NCBI GenBank assembly: GCA_964016885.1
Contig: OZ024747.1
Location: 17,298,001 to 17,362,000, forward strand
Length of the DNA: 64,000 nt
DNA from: Eledone cirrhosa
Lineage: Eukaryota
Reading direction: 5' to 3'
Both the position numbers and the translations under genes were made by a program. The notes below the pieces were generated by a model. It did no database searches. It saw only the letters and a list, made by a program, of their open reading frames with translations, and was not told the origin of the DNA. Below, piece after piece: positions 32,301 through 46,400 of the stretch (its first letter is position 1; every line of letters begins with the position of its first letter).

Positions 32301-33627
32301 TGCATCACACACCCTGTTTCGCAAAGTCAAGTTATTATCGATTATAGCCAGTTTACCAGTTACTATATAAGAGGCTATAATTAATTTATTTGTTCGATGG
32401 TCATAAATAATGGATAGAAATTTAGTTAGTTTTGATATTTTACAGCCGTGTCAAGAGCGAAACGAATATGATGAAATACCACATGTACCTAAATAAAGAT
32501 TGTTACAATTTTGCTCACGCCATTTTAATTTTTCTGTTGAAACAACACCCCAATCAATAACAACAACAACAACAACAGCAACAACTACTACTACTACTAC
32601 TACTAATAATAATAATAATAATAATAATACTAGTACTACTACTAATGCTACTAGTTATAATAAAAATAATAGCAATATTAATGATAATAATTGTACTATA
32701 TAAGAATTTACACACAAGCGACTAGATAATTGGTACGCCCCCAAGCGTTTGAAAAGGCTTTTCTTGAAATATCCGAAGTGAAGATAATATATAGCGTTGT
32801 CTATGGATTCTAAATGAATATTTCTTTCAGCTATAATGAATATAAATACTCGACTTCAAAACGCTTGTTCGATCGATCGATTTAATTACACCATTCCTCT
32901 CCAATAGCACTTCGTGTTCGCGTTGTTTTGTCTTTGGCAAATTGTTTATTGTGTGCGTGTAGTACAAAACACAAATGCACACACAGATACAAACACAAAC
33001 ACACACACACACGCATATATATATACACACACACAGGAACACACACACACGTTTATATACAAATATATATGTACATATATGCGTCTGTGTACGTAATACA
33101 CGACACACGTGTAAGCACATTCACTCACACACATGCATATATGTATATATACATACATATATGCATACATACATTCATACATCCATACATACATACATAC
33201 ATATATGCATACATACATACATGCATACATACATACGTGTGTGACCTTCCCTAAGTAATTATGCATTTACAACAAAGAGCCATCTCAACATATTTTCATA
33301 CAGTAAATACGAAAAAATTAAATAGGGCTTCATTAGTTGATAGCATTAAAATTATAAATAAAATTCTACAGAAGACAAAGCGAACAGCTATGGTGGCTTC
33401 AAAATAATGGAATATAACTTAAAAATTAACATAGGTACAGCATACGTGAGAACAATTAAAATACCTGCCATATTTTATATCAGGCATACATCATTTACTA
33501 ACTCTTATATTATACTTTATAGCTACTGTTAAGTACGTGATAATTCTGATCTTGGAAATAGATCGGCGAAGGGCTTGAAAGGTTAAAAAATAAGGTTGTA
33601 GGAATGCAATTATTCCAAATTAATTGT

Positions 33628-34039
33628 TGGATTGGCAGTATCGGTAGAAGGACGGACTCTATGCTTTGCAGCAAAGAGTTACGGCCCTTTATGGTCTGCG
33701 TTCAAATCCCGCCGAGGTTAACTGTGCCTTTCATCCTTACGGAGTCGATAAAATAAAGTACCAGTAATGCACTTGGATAATTGCGAGACTTGTGTCAAGC
33801 GTAGAAACAATTATTCCAAATTAAGTATAAAAGCCTTAAAAAGTAATCCGAAAAATCCTAAATAATAATTGTTTCTACTTTTGGCACAAGGCCAGCAATT
33901 ATTGGTACTTTATTTTATCGAACCCATAAGGATGAAAGGCAAAGTTAACCACGGAGGGATTTGAACTCAGACCATAAAGGGCCGTAACTCTTTGCTGTAT
34001 AGCATGGCATCCGACCCTCTACCGATGCTGCCAATCCAC
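33628..34039. mobile_element. tail-to-tail pair of SINE family A (33628-33815 plus; 33866-34039 minus)
   Basis: Two copies in opposite orientation, ~50 bp apart. Confidence 0.88.
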
Positions 34040-34593
34040 TTGAGCACAGACGAGTTTTCAGTTTAACATGTTTGAAGTATTATGTAGAATATACTTGAAA
34101 TAGTGGAGGCGCACAAAACAAGGACAATAGAAAAAAAAACAGAACAACGGACAGACCCATCAGACATGACAGACATGACATCAATACGGTTTCGCTGCAT
34201 TATACATACATCACAACGACTTTGCATATCTATAATGTACAATTGTTGCAAACGGATCGGCGAAACTGTACAGTCGGGACTTTGAAGAAAAAATAGATAT
34301 ATATCTGTGTCTATTATTTCTTCTTAGTTTATAATTTGATATACATACATATATATAGTTTGATAGACTATATATATATATTTATATCTGTATTTTTAAA
34401 CGTTGGTCAATCAATGATAAACATTGATTGCCAAATAAATTAACTATGGAGGTATAAAAGATACAGAAACGAAAACCAACCAAACAGTGAGTGCGTTCTG
34501 TTATTATTCAACAATATGACCCCCCCCCCATATATATATGCAAGGTTTTAGTTTGGTTTGACTCGAGAACGTAACCTTATTACGTAATGAAGC

Positions 34594-34664
34594 TGTCTGG
34601 TGAGATCATGGCAATGGTTGCATGGAATAGCATGGCCATTGTCATCATTGAAATATGTATCACA
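34594..34664 (+). ncRNA. type I hammerhead motif with long stem II (core CUGGUGA)
   Basis: tgt-CTGGTGA-gat-catggcaatggttgcatg..catggccattgtcatc-att-GAAA-tatgta-TC-aca, followed by AATAAA. Confidence 0.7.
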
Positions 34665-34752
34665 AACTTATCAATAAAGGACTTAAACACCTGCAACTCC
34701 TTCGCATTTTCTTATTCTATATATAAATACATATATATATATATATATATAT

Positions 34753-35378
34753 AGGAAAATGTTCAAGACCCCGACGGCAGAGCTCAAGCCGTTTCGACGG
34801 CTATTTCTGGACTCTATCGACTTCTCCACCAAGAACATTCCAGTTCCACCGAGAAAACTTTACCTACGGATGCTCATGCAAAAAGATCGACCTTTTTCAC
34901 GAAAGTATTGAGATGGAGAACATTTGTCTACGATAGATACCGTGACAACCAGGACTTCGACACCAAGGAGAGATTCGGATTCAATACCTACAAATCTGCC
35001 CCCACCGAACCTTCTGCTCTCACCCTTCGAGAACGACCTCTTCCATCTGGTCAAGGATATACAATTCAAACCCAGACACAACCGATTCCTACAACAACTC
35101 CGTAGCAAAATAACGGAGTATGAAAGCACCAACGACATCCTGGTGCATTCGGACAAAACTGGAAACCTCTATTTCGTCAATCCTGACAGATACCACACAC
35201 TTATCAGGGGCAGCCTGAACTCCACCTACAAAACGGCCGTCCAGAAATAGCCGACGAAGCGGCTTGAGCTCTGCCATCGGGGTCTTGAACATTTTCCTGT
35301 TACCCACTCTACAACCCTAAGTATTGAGTACTTTGGTGAGTTATGGTCCACCTTGTTCCTTACCACACTTCCTTCGTT
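34753..35378 (+). mobile_element. internally deleted Penelope-like element (Naiad-like) with family F inverted pLTR arms
   Basis: Arms 34753-34812 and 35239-35298, tail to 35378, enclosing an ORF remnant. Confidence 0.85.
34813..35250 (+). pseudogene. N-terminal remnant of a Penelope-like RT ORF
   Basis: Frameshifted pieces SIDFSTKNIPVPPRKLYLRMLMQK / LRWRTFVY..KERFGFNTYKSAP / FENDLFHLVKDIQF..ILVHSDKTGNLY. DKT corresponds to the pre-RT DKG/DKT motif of PLEs. Confidence 0.8.
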
Positions 35379-35569
35379 ATATATATATATAATATATATA
35401 TATAGTATTAGTTATACTATTTATGGTTATGTAAATACAAAACCTTATGCAGTTATAAATATTTTTCATATACACACCCTAAATAGTGGTAGGCAGTAAT
35501 GTATTACTACCTTATTACCAGTAAGTTAAGTAGCTCAATGTAAAAACATCAGATGATTTACAGAGCAGT

Positions 35570-35887
35570 TATATGAAATATAAGAATCAAAGAACTGTTC
35601 AAAACATTATTGTGCTTACAGCTGTTTCCTCCAAACCGAGGTTTGGATTCTTCGGAGCAATTTATTAATGCATGGACAGTTATATGACCTCCTTTTCAGC
35701 CAAGAGACATACCGATACATATGCAAATATTTGCATATGTATCGGTATGTCTCTTGGCTGAAAAGGAGGTCATATAACTGTCCATGCACTAATAAATTGC
35801 TCCGAAGAATCCAAACCTCGGTTTGGAGGAAACAGCTGTAAGCACAATAATGTTTTGAACAGTTCTTTGATTCTTATATTTCATATA
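35570..35887. mobile_element. spacer-less 318-bp palindrome (fold-back PLE-type element)
   Basis: Centre between 35728 and 35729 (ATGCAAAT|ATTTGCAT); I see a single arm mismatch; the tail extends leftward with minus-strand TTGAGCTACT at 35529-35538. Confidence 0.9.
35798..35844 (+). ncRNA. hammerhead-like motif, core CCGAAGA (mirror 35613-35659, minus)
   Basis: tgct-CCGAAGA-a-TCCAAACC-tc-GGTTTGGA-g-GAAA-cagctg-TA-agca. Confidence 0.72.
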
Positions 35888-35907
35888 TTTCATATATATA
35901 TATATAC

Positions 35908-36026
<119 letters not shown>

Positions 36027-36465
36027 TATATATATACATATACATATATATCAACCCTTTTTGAAAATTAATCTAACATTATGGGTCAAAGATGATGGGT
36101 ACATCATCGCCTTTTGGAAAGTTTAAAAATGAAAAATATATTAACATGAAATCAGCGAATGAAAGAGACTAAATCATATACGTTTCCTTTGCCATTACTG
36201 ACAGTGAAGCTTTATAGCAGTTTCTCAAACGAAATTCGAGTGTAAAGATAGAAACAAACTTATTAAATTTATGATTACAAATATAACCTAGATCTTGTCA
36301 AAATGATATGCTCTAAGGACATTTGTTTTGGCAACCGTCTTAAATAGATTTGTCCAGTATGGTTTGATGGAAAGCGCTCTTTCGTTTAGTGAGCTGCAGA
36401 ACTTTGATTATTTGCATATATGGCAGGCTTTCAAAATTATGCAGTGAGTTTACAAATATCATTTG

Positions 36466-36549
<84 letters not shown>

Positions 36550-37027
36550 AGAGAGAGAGAGATACATATATAGATAGATAGGTAGATAGAGATAAAGAGA
36601 GACAGGGAGAGAGAGAGAGAGAGAGAGATAGAGAGAGAATGTTTAAGTATCGAGAGAGAGAAAAAAGGAAAGATAGGCGATACATATATTTAGTTGCCAA
36701 TAGTTTGTGCAGATGTGCTCAATACTCGAGCCTACAGGGTTAAATATTAGAAGTGTCAATATTTAGTGGGCGAGAAAAATAAGCAGAGCGATTATAAAAG
36801 AAATGAAAACAAGGAGATTAAAACCGTTAAAACATGTTTATATAACAGTGCACCTACGTACGTTACGCCCGGAATGGACTTATCAAGGGCATGGAAAACA
36901 AGAAAATGATCAATACACGATCCAGGAGGGGTTTCATTCTTAAATTAACATTAAATTAACAGCCTCACTTTCATATTGATTATATTTTTGTTTTTAAAAT
37001 CCACTGTCAATAAATACACCAGGATTT

Positions 37028-37088
37028 TTTCATTCTGATGACTGAAAGCAAATTTTGTTTGCTTTCAAGAAACCACTGGTAAATGAAA
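37028..37088 (+). ncRNA. type I hammerhead ribozyme motif, intact core (family H)
   Basis: tttcatt-CTGATGA-c-TGAAAGCAAA-ttttg-TTTGCTTTCA-a-GAAA-ccactgg-TA-aatgaaa; downstream sequence matches 57628-57680. Confidence 0.85.
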
Positions 37089-37342
37089 TAATTATCTTAT
37101 GTTGTTTATTACATAACTATATATATATATATATATTCACACAACATACATGCATAAATACATATGTGTGTTTGTAAATTTATGTATGTACGTATGTATG
37201 ATTTTGTCTCAAAAGGAAATTTTCGACTTCACTGTTTAATCGTTCATCCTTTAAATTGTAAGAATTTCTGCAGTATTTGCATATTTCATATACTGTGGTC
37301 ATTTGTAGCTCATGACATGATGAGCAGCATTCCTTCTCCACA

Positions 37343-37370
37343 ATTTTCTTCTTTTTTCTTCTTTTTATCT

Positions 37371-37402
<32 letters not shown>

Positions 37403-37553
37403 TTTCTTTTTCTTTTTCTTTTTTTTTTCTTTTTCTTTTTTTTTTTCTTTTTCTTCGTCGTCTTCTTTTTTCTTTTTTTTCTTCTTTTTCTTTTTCTTCT
37501 TTTTTTTCATCTCTTTTCTTTTTCTTCGACTTCTTTTTTCTTTTTCTTCTTCC
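37343..37553. repeat. polypyrimidine (TTTTTC/TTC)n tract
   Basis: Direct observation. Confidence 0.95.
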
Positions 37554-38573
37554 ATGGAAGGTGAAGCAGTAATTTTGCTTTTTCTAATGGCTAGAATATA
37601 TGTGGCTCGCCACAACTGCATACTCATAGATTTTTCCGCTAACTGGAGCAGTTGTGCCTATCCATAGTCGAATTAATATTCGATCGTGTGTGAAGCCAGT
37701 GACGTTCACGATACCGAGGTCATTTAATTAAAGTGATGGTCGTTGCAATAGCTGCTACTTATGTGAAAAGCAGAAATTTTATCGAGTTTTACTGCTCTAC
37801 TAGTCTATCCTACTAGCCTATCCTACTAGTCTATCCGACCTGTTCTGCTAGTCTATCCTACGATAACCTTTCCAGCGGCACCTTGTGTAGGATGTGGCTT
37901 TCTTCCCTGCTAGAAGCGAAGTGCTCAGTTTGAATGTGAATATACTGCCCGACATCAGTTCGCTGAGTGGCATGTTGAATAGACACATGGTCACATGCAC
38001 ACCAGTGAAATCTACTGCAGCACTGTTCACTTTTAACTTAACGTATTTACACACCTACATTATATATACATATGTATTGGATGGACGTTGATTCACCAGT
38101 CCAGTACTGCGAAGTATAAAATGCAAAGGACAGTGCCTCTACAACTCGACCACATGTCTTTTGTCCATGGGAATGGTCAGTGAGGGAATATAATTTTATT
38201 GCATATATTTTACCCGACAATAATTCCATTTATGCCTGGGTTTCCTGCGTGATACTTGATATTCAAAGCATACTAAAACTATAATAAATCATCTAAAATC
38301 TGCTTCGTTTGAGTCTCTGTTTCATTTCGTCGGGGTTTTGTCTGTATTAATCTTAATTCCGTGTTCTATAGAAACAATATCCTATCTCACATTGCATTTT
38401 TAAAGCAACAGTTGAACTCCAGAACCAAATTCAACGAATAGAATAGAAGTAATTTGAAAACAGTTTTTTTTTATTATTATGAACTAAATTATTTAAGACG
38501 TAAACATTATGCTTTTATTTCTTGCTCCTTTTATAAGACAAGCCAAAATATTTCTATAACTGATCATATAAGA

Positions 38574-38707
38574 TAATTGTTTCTACTTTTGGCACAAGGC
38601 CAGAAATTACCCAGTATATTACTGGTACTTTATTTTATCGACCCCGTAAGGATGAAAGGCAAAGTTAACCTCGGCGGGATTTGAACTCAGAATGGCAAGG
38701 GCCGTAA
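38574..38707 (-). mobile_element. SINE family A, 5'-truncated
   Basis: Body and B-box only. Confidence 0.88.
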
Positions 38708-40211
38708 TAAGATAATATGGTTCTATCATACTTAAAACTACGTAGGTTTCCTTTTATTTTCTAACATATCTTTTGTACTACCTAGCTGTTTCTAAAACAT
38801 ATCTATAGTTTCATTCGTTCTCTAGCTAAAATCAATGTATTTATCCTGAAATCCTACATTCTATCTTTTGTCACACAATATTATTTTTGTAGTTGTGTCC
38901 AAATCAACATTTTATGGATTTTGTTGATATTTCTTTCTAATTGAATATAAAATAAAATAGGATATCATGAAGCTATAGTAATATTGTCTTTAACTATAAT
39001 TAGGCCACTATAACTGCCATTATATATATGTGCGTGTGCATATGGGCGTGTGTGTATGCGTATGTACATACCTATACATGCATGTGTATGTATGTGAATG
39101 AGTTTGAGATTATTGTATGTTCACTCACATGAAAGGTGAAAACGAAATACATTGCATACACTCAACAATTTTGTAGAACCCACCAATGGAAAGGAGGGAA
39201 GTGCATATGACCCAGTAGGTTGCAAATACTCCGAAATGGTTAAGTGGAAAAGGGGTGGGTATTTTCAAATAGAAAAGACCGCAAAAATTCCTGCAATAGA
39301 CTGTACCAAGAAAAGAGTCCACGTGCTGGTCCTAAACTAGGTAACCCACCTTCTGTGTTAAAGGGTGCGACACGATCGTGTAATGAAAATAACACCTGGT
39401 GTCATATTTCCTAGAAAGGATCAGTAATAAACTTAGATTTGGTGTTGATCGGGGAAACTTGGATCAATTTAAGATTTTAGGCTGGTTACCATTCATACAA
39501 CCGGCTGCCTTTCATACAGACCCTTTTGTCATGTTTCTCAGAAACTGTATAGGAATAACGTGTAATATCAAAAGACCTGTGGCCACATTAACTAGACACC
39601 CATAGAAATTATTTTGATTTAATCTCCACTTACAATTCTTCACTATCATTTTGTCGATCCTTGGTATCTCTACTTATTGTTCTGTATCTTATCTGCTTCC
39701 ATAGCAATATGTTTTTCTCCTCCAAAGTCTGTACAATTATTCAACTAATACATATCTTAATAGTTTCCATAATTGAGATGGACAAATGATCGATCTAAAA
39801 TTGACCACTATATTCCCTTTCTCTATATATTTCATAGAAAGAAATGTTCTCCCAGTTACCATCCATTTCTATACTCTATTTTCATGCAGACGTCCATCCC
39901 GTTGCTTTGCTATTCTACTGTGTATTTGTGTCAGGTTCTTAATCCAATATCCTTGAACACCATCTGGTTCTTGGCTTTTCCAGTTAGCCATTCTCTTCAT
40001 CTGTTTCCTCACACTTCCAAAAATAAATTTGTACATTATAATTCAATTCGTCCTTTATTTTTTCCAACCATTCTGCATTCCCATTATGTCTTACTGACTG
40101 ATGCCATATTTCATTCTGAAATAACCTTCTCTCTTCTGAATTAGGTACAATATCTCTTTTTCGTTCCTCCAATTCATCAAATAACTGTTTCTGATTTTAT
40201 TATTATTATTG

Positions 40212-40400
40212 GATCGGTAGAGCGTCAGACACCATGCTTTGCAGCATACTAACCGCCCTTTACTTACTGAGTTCAAATCCCGCCGGAGTTAGCTTTGCCT
40301 TTCATCCTTACGGGGTCAATGAAAGAAAGCACCAGTAATGCACTGGGTCGATTTAATCGGTTTCCCTCCCTTAAATTTGTTGGACTTGTGCCTAAATAAA
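40212..40400 (+). mobile_element. SINE family A
   Basis: B-box and conserved body. Confidence 0.85.
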
Positions 40401-43321
40401 AAAACATCTTTATTATTAGTAGTAGCATTAGTAGCATTAGTAGTAGTAGATGAAGATGATGATCATCATCATCATCATTATCATCACCATAGAAAACTGA
40501 TACAGCTACGAAAACTTACTTTATTATTTAACACTCTGCTCTGAGACTAAATCCTCTGTAATAGATTTTGACTATCAGCCTCTCACGGCTGATAAAATTC
40601 ATAGCAGTAATAGACTATCCTAGCTCCAGCTAATTGAATATGACTGCATCATAAACATTTTTTTATATTTTCTTGTATCATTGCATGCTGGGGTGAATGA
40701 CAGAGAATAGGACTAAATTGTTCACAGATTTTAGGTTTCTCTCCCTACATTAGAACCTCGAATTGCTTTTAGAGACATTTACTACTTCATTCACTTTGTT
40801 TCGATTGCTCATGTTCTTGGTTCAATTGATTATAACCTTTAGGGGAAATTGATATCTTATTTTAAGAAATGTATATATATATATCCCATCAATATAGTAC
40901 AAATAATATGATATACATCTGGGATATTAAAAGGTATATTCTGTTTATGAACACCCTTTTGATTTAGCCATTAATGTATTAACTAAGCCTTTTAGCTTAC
41001 TTCCGCGAACCTATGTAGAGACTTGATATTTCTTCATGAGTGGAACGCTTCCTTTGTTTTTCACATATATTTTTTTTATACGTAAATTTCTGTTCAAATA
41101 TTAGTGCTAGTAGTACTTAGCCTTTTGAAGAATTCAAATTAGGCAGTTATGACGACATGTTATCTTTGTAGATATTGCTATGTATTTGTCCATGGAAGCA
41201 AACACAAGGTTGTTTTTCATATTAGCAAGATTTATTTCCCAAATACATTGACCATTAAAAGGTACGCCATTACAGTATTCACTTGTGATAATCAAATATT
41301 CTATTAATATCTACATTAGTTACTGATTGCCATTTTAGATAGGAGAAAACTAAACTAATGTTTGTAAAAGTGTTATGCTCTGACGAATGTTTTATTACAT
41401 TTGTTGCTATCATATTCCGCAAAAGAACATGGAAGAGCTTTGTGCATATAATATAGTCGGGAAACACATATGTTTACTGTAAATATACTCAAATTAGCAT
41501 GTGTAAGTAAATACTTTACTATCAATTTTCAGATTCTCGCTGGCTGTTAAATTGCAGTTAGCAGGTAATCATTATTCAATAGATTCCAGGACTTTCCCTC
41601 AATTCCTTTCCAATAGCTAACTGGCGTATATAATTAATAGTGAGATATTGAGACCGAACGCCATTAGCACTGTTGTACCTAGAGAATTAGTCTTGTAACT
41701 AGACAGAATACATCAATTTTAAAGAATGAAGTGGGTGTTAATTTAACTGCAGCAAAGTACTTAATACTGCATCAAAGGACTTGATGATTTACTGAATTTT
41801 AACGAAGGTTCATAATCTCCATACCGTATTAGTTTTTATTTTATGTGAAGCAAACCTTAGGCATTTTTCCTACTTTACTTTAAATTAGTATCATTAATGT
41901 TCCAGTGTTTCAAACGATGACATAATTTGAATAAAATAGTAAATCTCTCCTCCAATTAAAATCTGTGTACCTTGTTTTAGCTAAGAAATTGAATAATTAT
42001 AATTATTTTTACATGGATTCTTAACGAAGGTTATTTATTTTTGAAATGTATAAAGTTCGTTTCTACCTTTCAGCTATCACAGTGAATTATTATTATGAAA
42101 CTAAGCATAAAATCGAATATTCATACTAAATAGGAGTCTAGTACCTTCTTTAATAACGAATATCCTCAAACCTTTGCATAATATGCAATTGTATCAGTGA
42201 ATGTAATAACTGTAGGTTACCGCAAAATTTACCTTTACATGTCTTGTAGTGATTGTTTTAATTGAATAATTAAATATTATATTTCACTAAAAATAATTCC
42301 CATAAATGAGCAGTTGAGTTTTTATGCATTTTGTTGAATTTTTGTTTGACTCAGACGTGGATGAGGTGTTTCACTCCTTCTATTTTAAAAACACATTAAT
42401 TCACATTGGTCATTTTTATGCCTTGTATTATATATACCAGTATATAATATATAGTGTTGGGTGTCAGGATTTGATTAATTTGTGTTTCAAGCCATTTTGG
42501 GCAATATAATTTAAGTTCTGATAATGTATCACCATAGTTTCCTTTTCCTATACCTTTGCGACCATGTGCTAAAGTTAGGGATTTACATTATATCCTAATG
42601 TCTTTATTTGACTATAATAACCACTCATTCCATCCGCATTATTGATTTTTAAGCTGAAGTTTATGCGGTGTAGACAGTTAATACGGTCAGTTATTGGACT
42701 GTATGAGAACAAGAGAGGATTTTATTCGACAAAATGTGTCACCAGTTATAGCTAGTAATAATAGTGATGGAAACGTAGATACAATAAATTTTGTGAAGTA
42801 GTACAAAGGAAAACAACGTGCAAACACATTGCTGGCAACAATAAAACCTTATATCTTTAAACTTTAATCAAGCATTTTCATGATGCTCGTATTTTCATAT
42901 TATTTCCGCAAACCAATTAGTATTTGCAAATTTTAATATAAAATATACAACATCATGCAATATACATATTAATAGGAATTGGGTCTTATTTAATATATTG
43001 CTGGTGCTGCAGTTTCTGGATTAAATGGATGACAAGATGGCGAATTCTCTTCTCGATAATACAGCAGCAAGAAATATAATCATTCTAAGTAAATAATCGT
43101 TGTGTAAGGAGCAATATAAAATGATCAACATAATATCTAGACACCAACAACGAATCATTTATCATCTTTAAAGATATTTCACAGTAACTGCAAACAGAAA
43201 AATCAAATATTGACCAACATCATACGGGGAAATGTAGTAATAAATATATTATATATGGATTAAATTCCATACCTTCAAGTACACATACACAATCACATGC
43301 ATAATTTATATTACTCACATG

Positions 43322-43408
<87 letters not shown>

Positions 43409-46400
43409 TTTTCGGGTTTTATTATTTCACAAAGTTTTACCAATAGAGAGAGAGTCGGTTTCTAACATAGACACAAAACTCTCTCATTAGAATTTACACA
43501 TCAACTAGGTAGATATGTATGTATGCATGCATGTGTAGATATGGATGTTATTGTATGTCTGGATGTGGATGTTTTGAGTTGTATGTGTGCATATGTATAT
43601 GCTTTGCATCTGTACATGTGTATATGCAGTTATTAGATGCAAAATTTCTGGAATGTTTTACATATTCTTACTGTTCCATTAATGGATTGTACTTGTAATT
43701 TCCTAACTAGTTGTGTTCTTTCTGTTCCTGTGAAGCCTAGCTTCTCAAGATTTGTATTGAAGCAGTTATTAACATACCCCAGTGCCCCAATACTCACAGG
43801 CATAAATCTGAAGGTGTAATCAGGGTGGAGTATCTGCAGATTTCTCATCAGTTCTGCATAAATATTCTCCTTTTCACTAATCTTTGATATTATATTGGCA
43901 TCTGCTGTGCAGCTAATTTCCACTACTGTGCATGTTTCTTCTCCCTGTCCCATATCATAATATCTGGTCTGTTATGCCTGCATTTTATTGGGGTTTTTAC
44001 TGGAACATTCCACCAGTATTCTTTCATATTATGTACATGGATGTCTTCCACATTGCTGTAGCTTTTAATGTGTTTATTATCGGGGCTATCTTTTTTACGA
44101 ACTGCATTGTACAGTGTTTTGGCCACTATATCATGCCTCATAGGTAGATAGTACCGCGATGACATCTTTGGACAGCTGCTGATGACATGGGTGATATCCT
44201 CGATGTTAGTTTAGCAGAGTCTGCACTTGTTATCACATCTAAGTGTTTTGCCTGCATCCCTATCTCTTTTGTGAATCAGGTATTTCGTGTTAATCTCCTG
44301 TTCTTGGATTGCAAAAGCGTATCCTTCAAAGTGGGAGCCAATATAGCGGTTGTTGGTTCAAGATAGACTACTTTCCTTATCTATATTAGTCTTACTCTGG
44401 AGCCTCCTCGCAACATATCCATGCGTGATTTTTTGCTGATAAGCATGCAGTTTTTCATCCATGGATTCACTGCGATACTGCTGAGCGACATCCTGGGTGT
44501 GAGTTTTTGATTATCACACAGGGAATATCTCTCAAGGAGTTCCTTCCCAACTCTCATGATCTTATCTGTTTCATGCAGATAGACTTGCTCGAGAAATGAA
44601 CTCCTACGCTTCGAGGTTTGTAGATGTTGTCAGAGAGATATGATGCGACATTCAAATGTTGTCTGGGCTGATGTTAGGCCTCTGCCTCTCTGCTTATGTT
44701 TCAAGTAAAGGCGGTCTATGTCACTGTTGATGTGGAAGTTTCCGGTGTTGTTCAGTATTTTTCGAGTTCCAACATCAACTGCTCGGATTTCGTCTATCGT
44801 CCAATTGAGTATTCCAAACGTTGGTGTTAGGACAGGCACAGCAAACACATTGTGTTTTGTTTTTGCGCAGATAGTTCTGATGACCAGATCTTTCTTAATC
44901 CGGTGTAGTATTCCCTGGTTACGCGTTCTTTATTATAGATACCATTATAGGATATGTTCTCATCTATCCCCAGGTATCTGTAGCAGTCCTCATCAGACAT
45001 CGGTGAAACAGTTAGACCATTGATGACAATGTTGCTAAATTGGGTTGTTGTTTTCCCCGCTTTACATTCATGTATGAGCATTTATCTTGGCCAAACTCCA
45101 TTCCTATATCCTTTGAGAACGTTGTAACCATGTCAAGATTTTTCTTCATCCCATCCATGTTCTTGGCATAGAGTTTCAGATCGTCCACAAAGAAATTATG
45201 GGTTAGGTTCGTATTTCTGTCCTCCTGTGAGCCAATGATGTATCCCTCACATTTCTTGAGCAGAAAGGACAAGGGGTTTAATGACAAGATGAATAATATC
45301 ACAAAGAGACTGTCCCCCTGAAATATACCCCTGTAATATTTTATTTTATCAGTGAAAATAGAGTCCTCCCTCTCTGTCTTTAACCTTAGGATAGTAGCCC
45401 AAGAAGAACACAGCTTCTCTATGGCTCTTTCAATAATGTCTAGGACTTTAGCAAGTTGGAGGACCTCTATCATCCAAGAGTGGGGAACATAATCGAAAGC
45501 TTTCCTGTAGTCCAGCCAGATTGTAGCCATATTCCTCCTAAGTTGTCGCACCTCCGACATCGCAGTTTTGTTGATTAGGAGTTGTTCAGCACATCCCCAA
45601 CCCCCTTTCTTTCCAGCTGCTTGTTCATCTGTGATGATGTTATTATTTTCACAGGGATCTAGGAGGAATAGGTTCAGGCAGGCTGTATACATCTTATACA
45701 TCAGGTTCTGGCATGCAATGGGTCGGTAGTTGTTTTTTGCCAAGTTGTTGTCTTTTGTCTTGGGGACCAGTAATGTTTGTGCTAATGTCAACCATTCTGG
45801 TATAAGTGTATCTCCCTTAAGAACTTGTTTGGAGGTCAGTAAGATACCTCCGATAGAATATCAGTTGTTTGTACCAGTAGCCGACAATCATGTCTCTTCC
45901 TGGTGTTTTCTTATCTTGGAGTGTTTCTATCACAGTCTCAAGAGTACCCTCACTTATTTCGTATGTTTTTGTTGTAGTGTCGGAGCAATAGTTCTTTCAG
46001 ATTTCTCTTAGCCAACCTGCATCTTGGTTGAAATTCTTCTTTTCAACTCATATTTTGCTCCAAAAGGAATCTATGTCTTTCTGGGATGGGGCCTCAGTGA
46101 CTCTTATTATTTTGTACTTCATATCTCTATAGACTGATGTTTGGTTTCGTCTGAATCTTTTATTAAGCACTTTTCTCTCATCTACCTTCTTCAGGTATCG
46201 GCGTCTTTTGCTAACATCTCTCAATTCTTGTTTGAGGGTGATCAGCTTATATTGGAGAGTTCTGGTTCTACTGTTACCAAACATCGTCTCTATTTTATTT
46301 TTCACGCTTTGTTGGTGAGGGGTGAGGTTTTTTTGTGTTTGTTTGCATGTAAGGAGCATTGTCACATATCATATCGTTTTTGGTAGGTCAGCAATCTTTT

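Noticed and set aside
37164-37667. poly-Phe and poly-Lys ORFs
   Set aside because: Low-complexity polypyrimidine tract.
37848-38091. GC-richer short ORFs (CCSRFHWC frame)
   Set aside because: Superficial Cys motif only; no family support.
39129-39295. possible minus-strand exon (TTGCAG acceptor, GTGAGT donor, open frame)
   Set aside because: Peptide not recognisable and no linked exons; needs RNA-seq.
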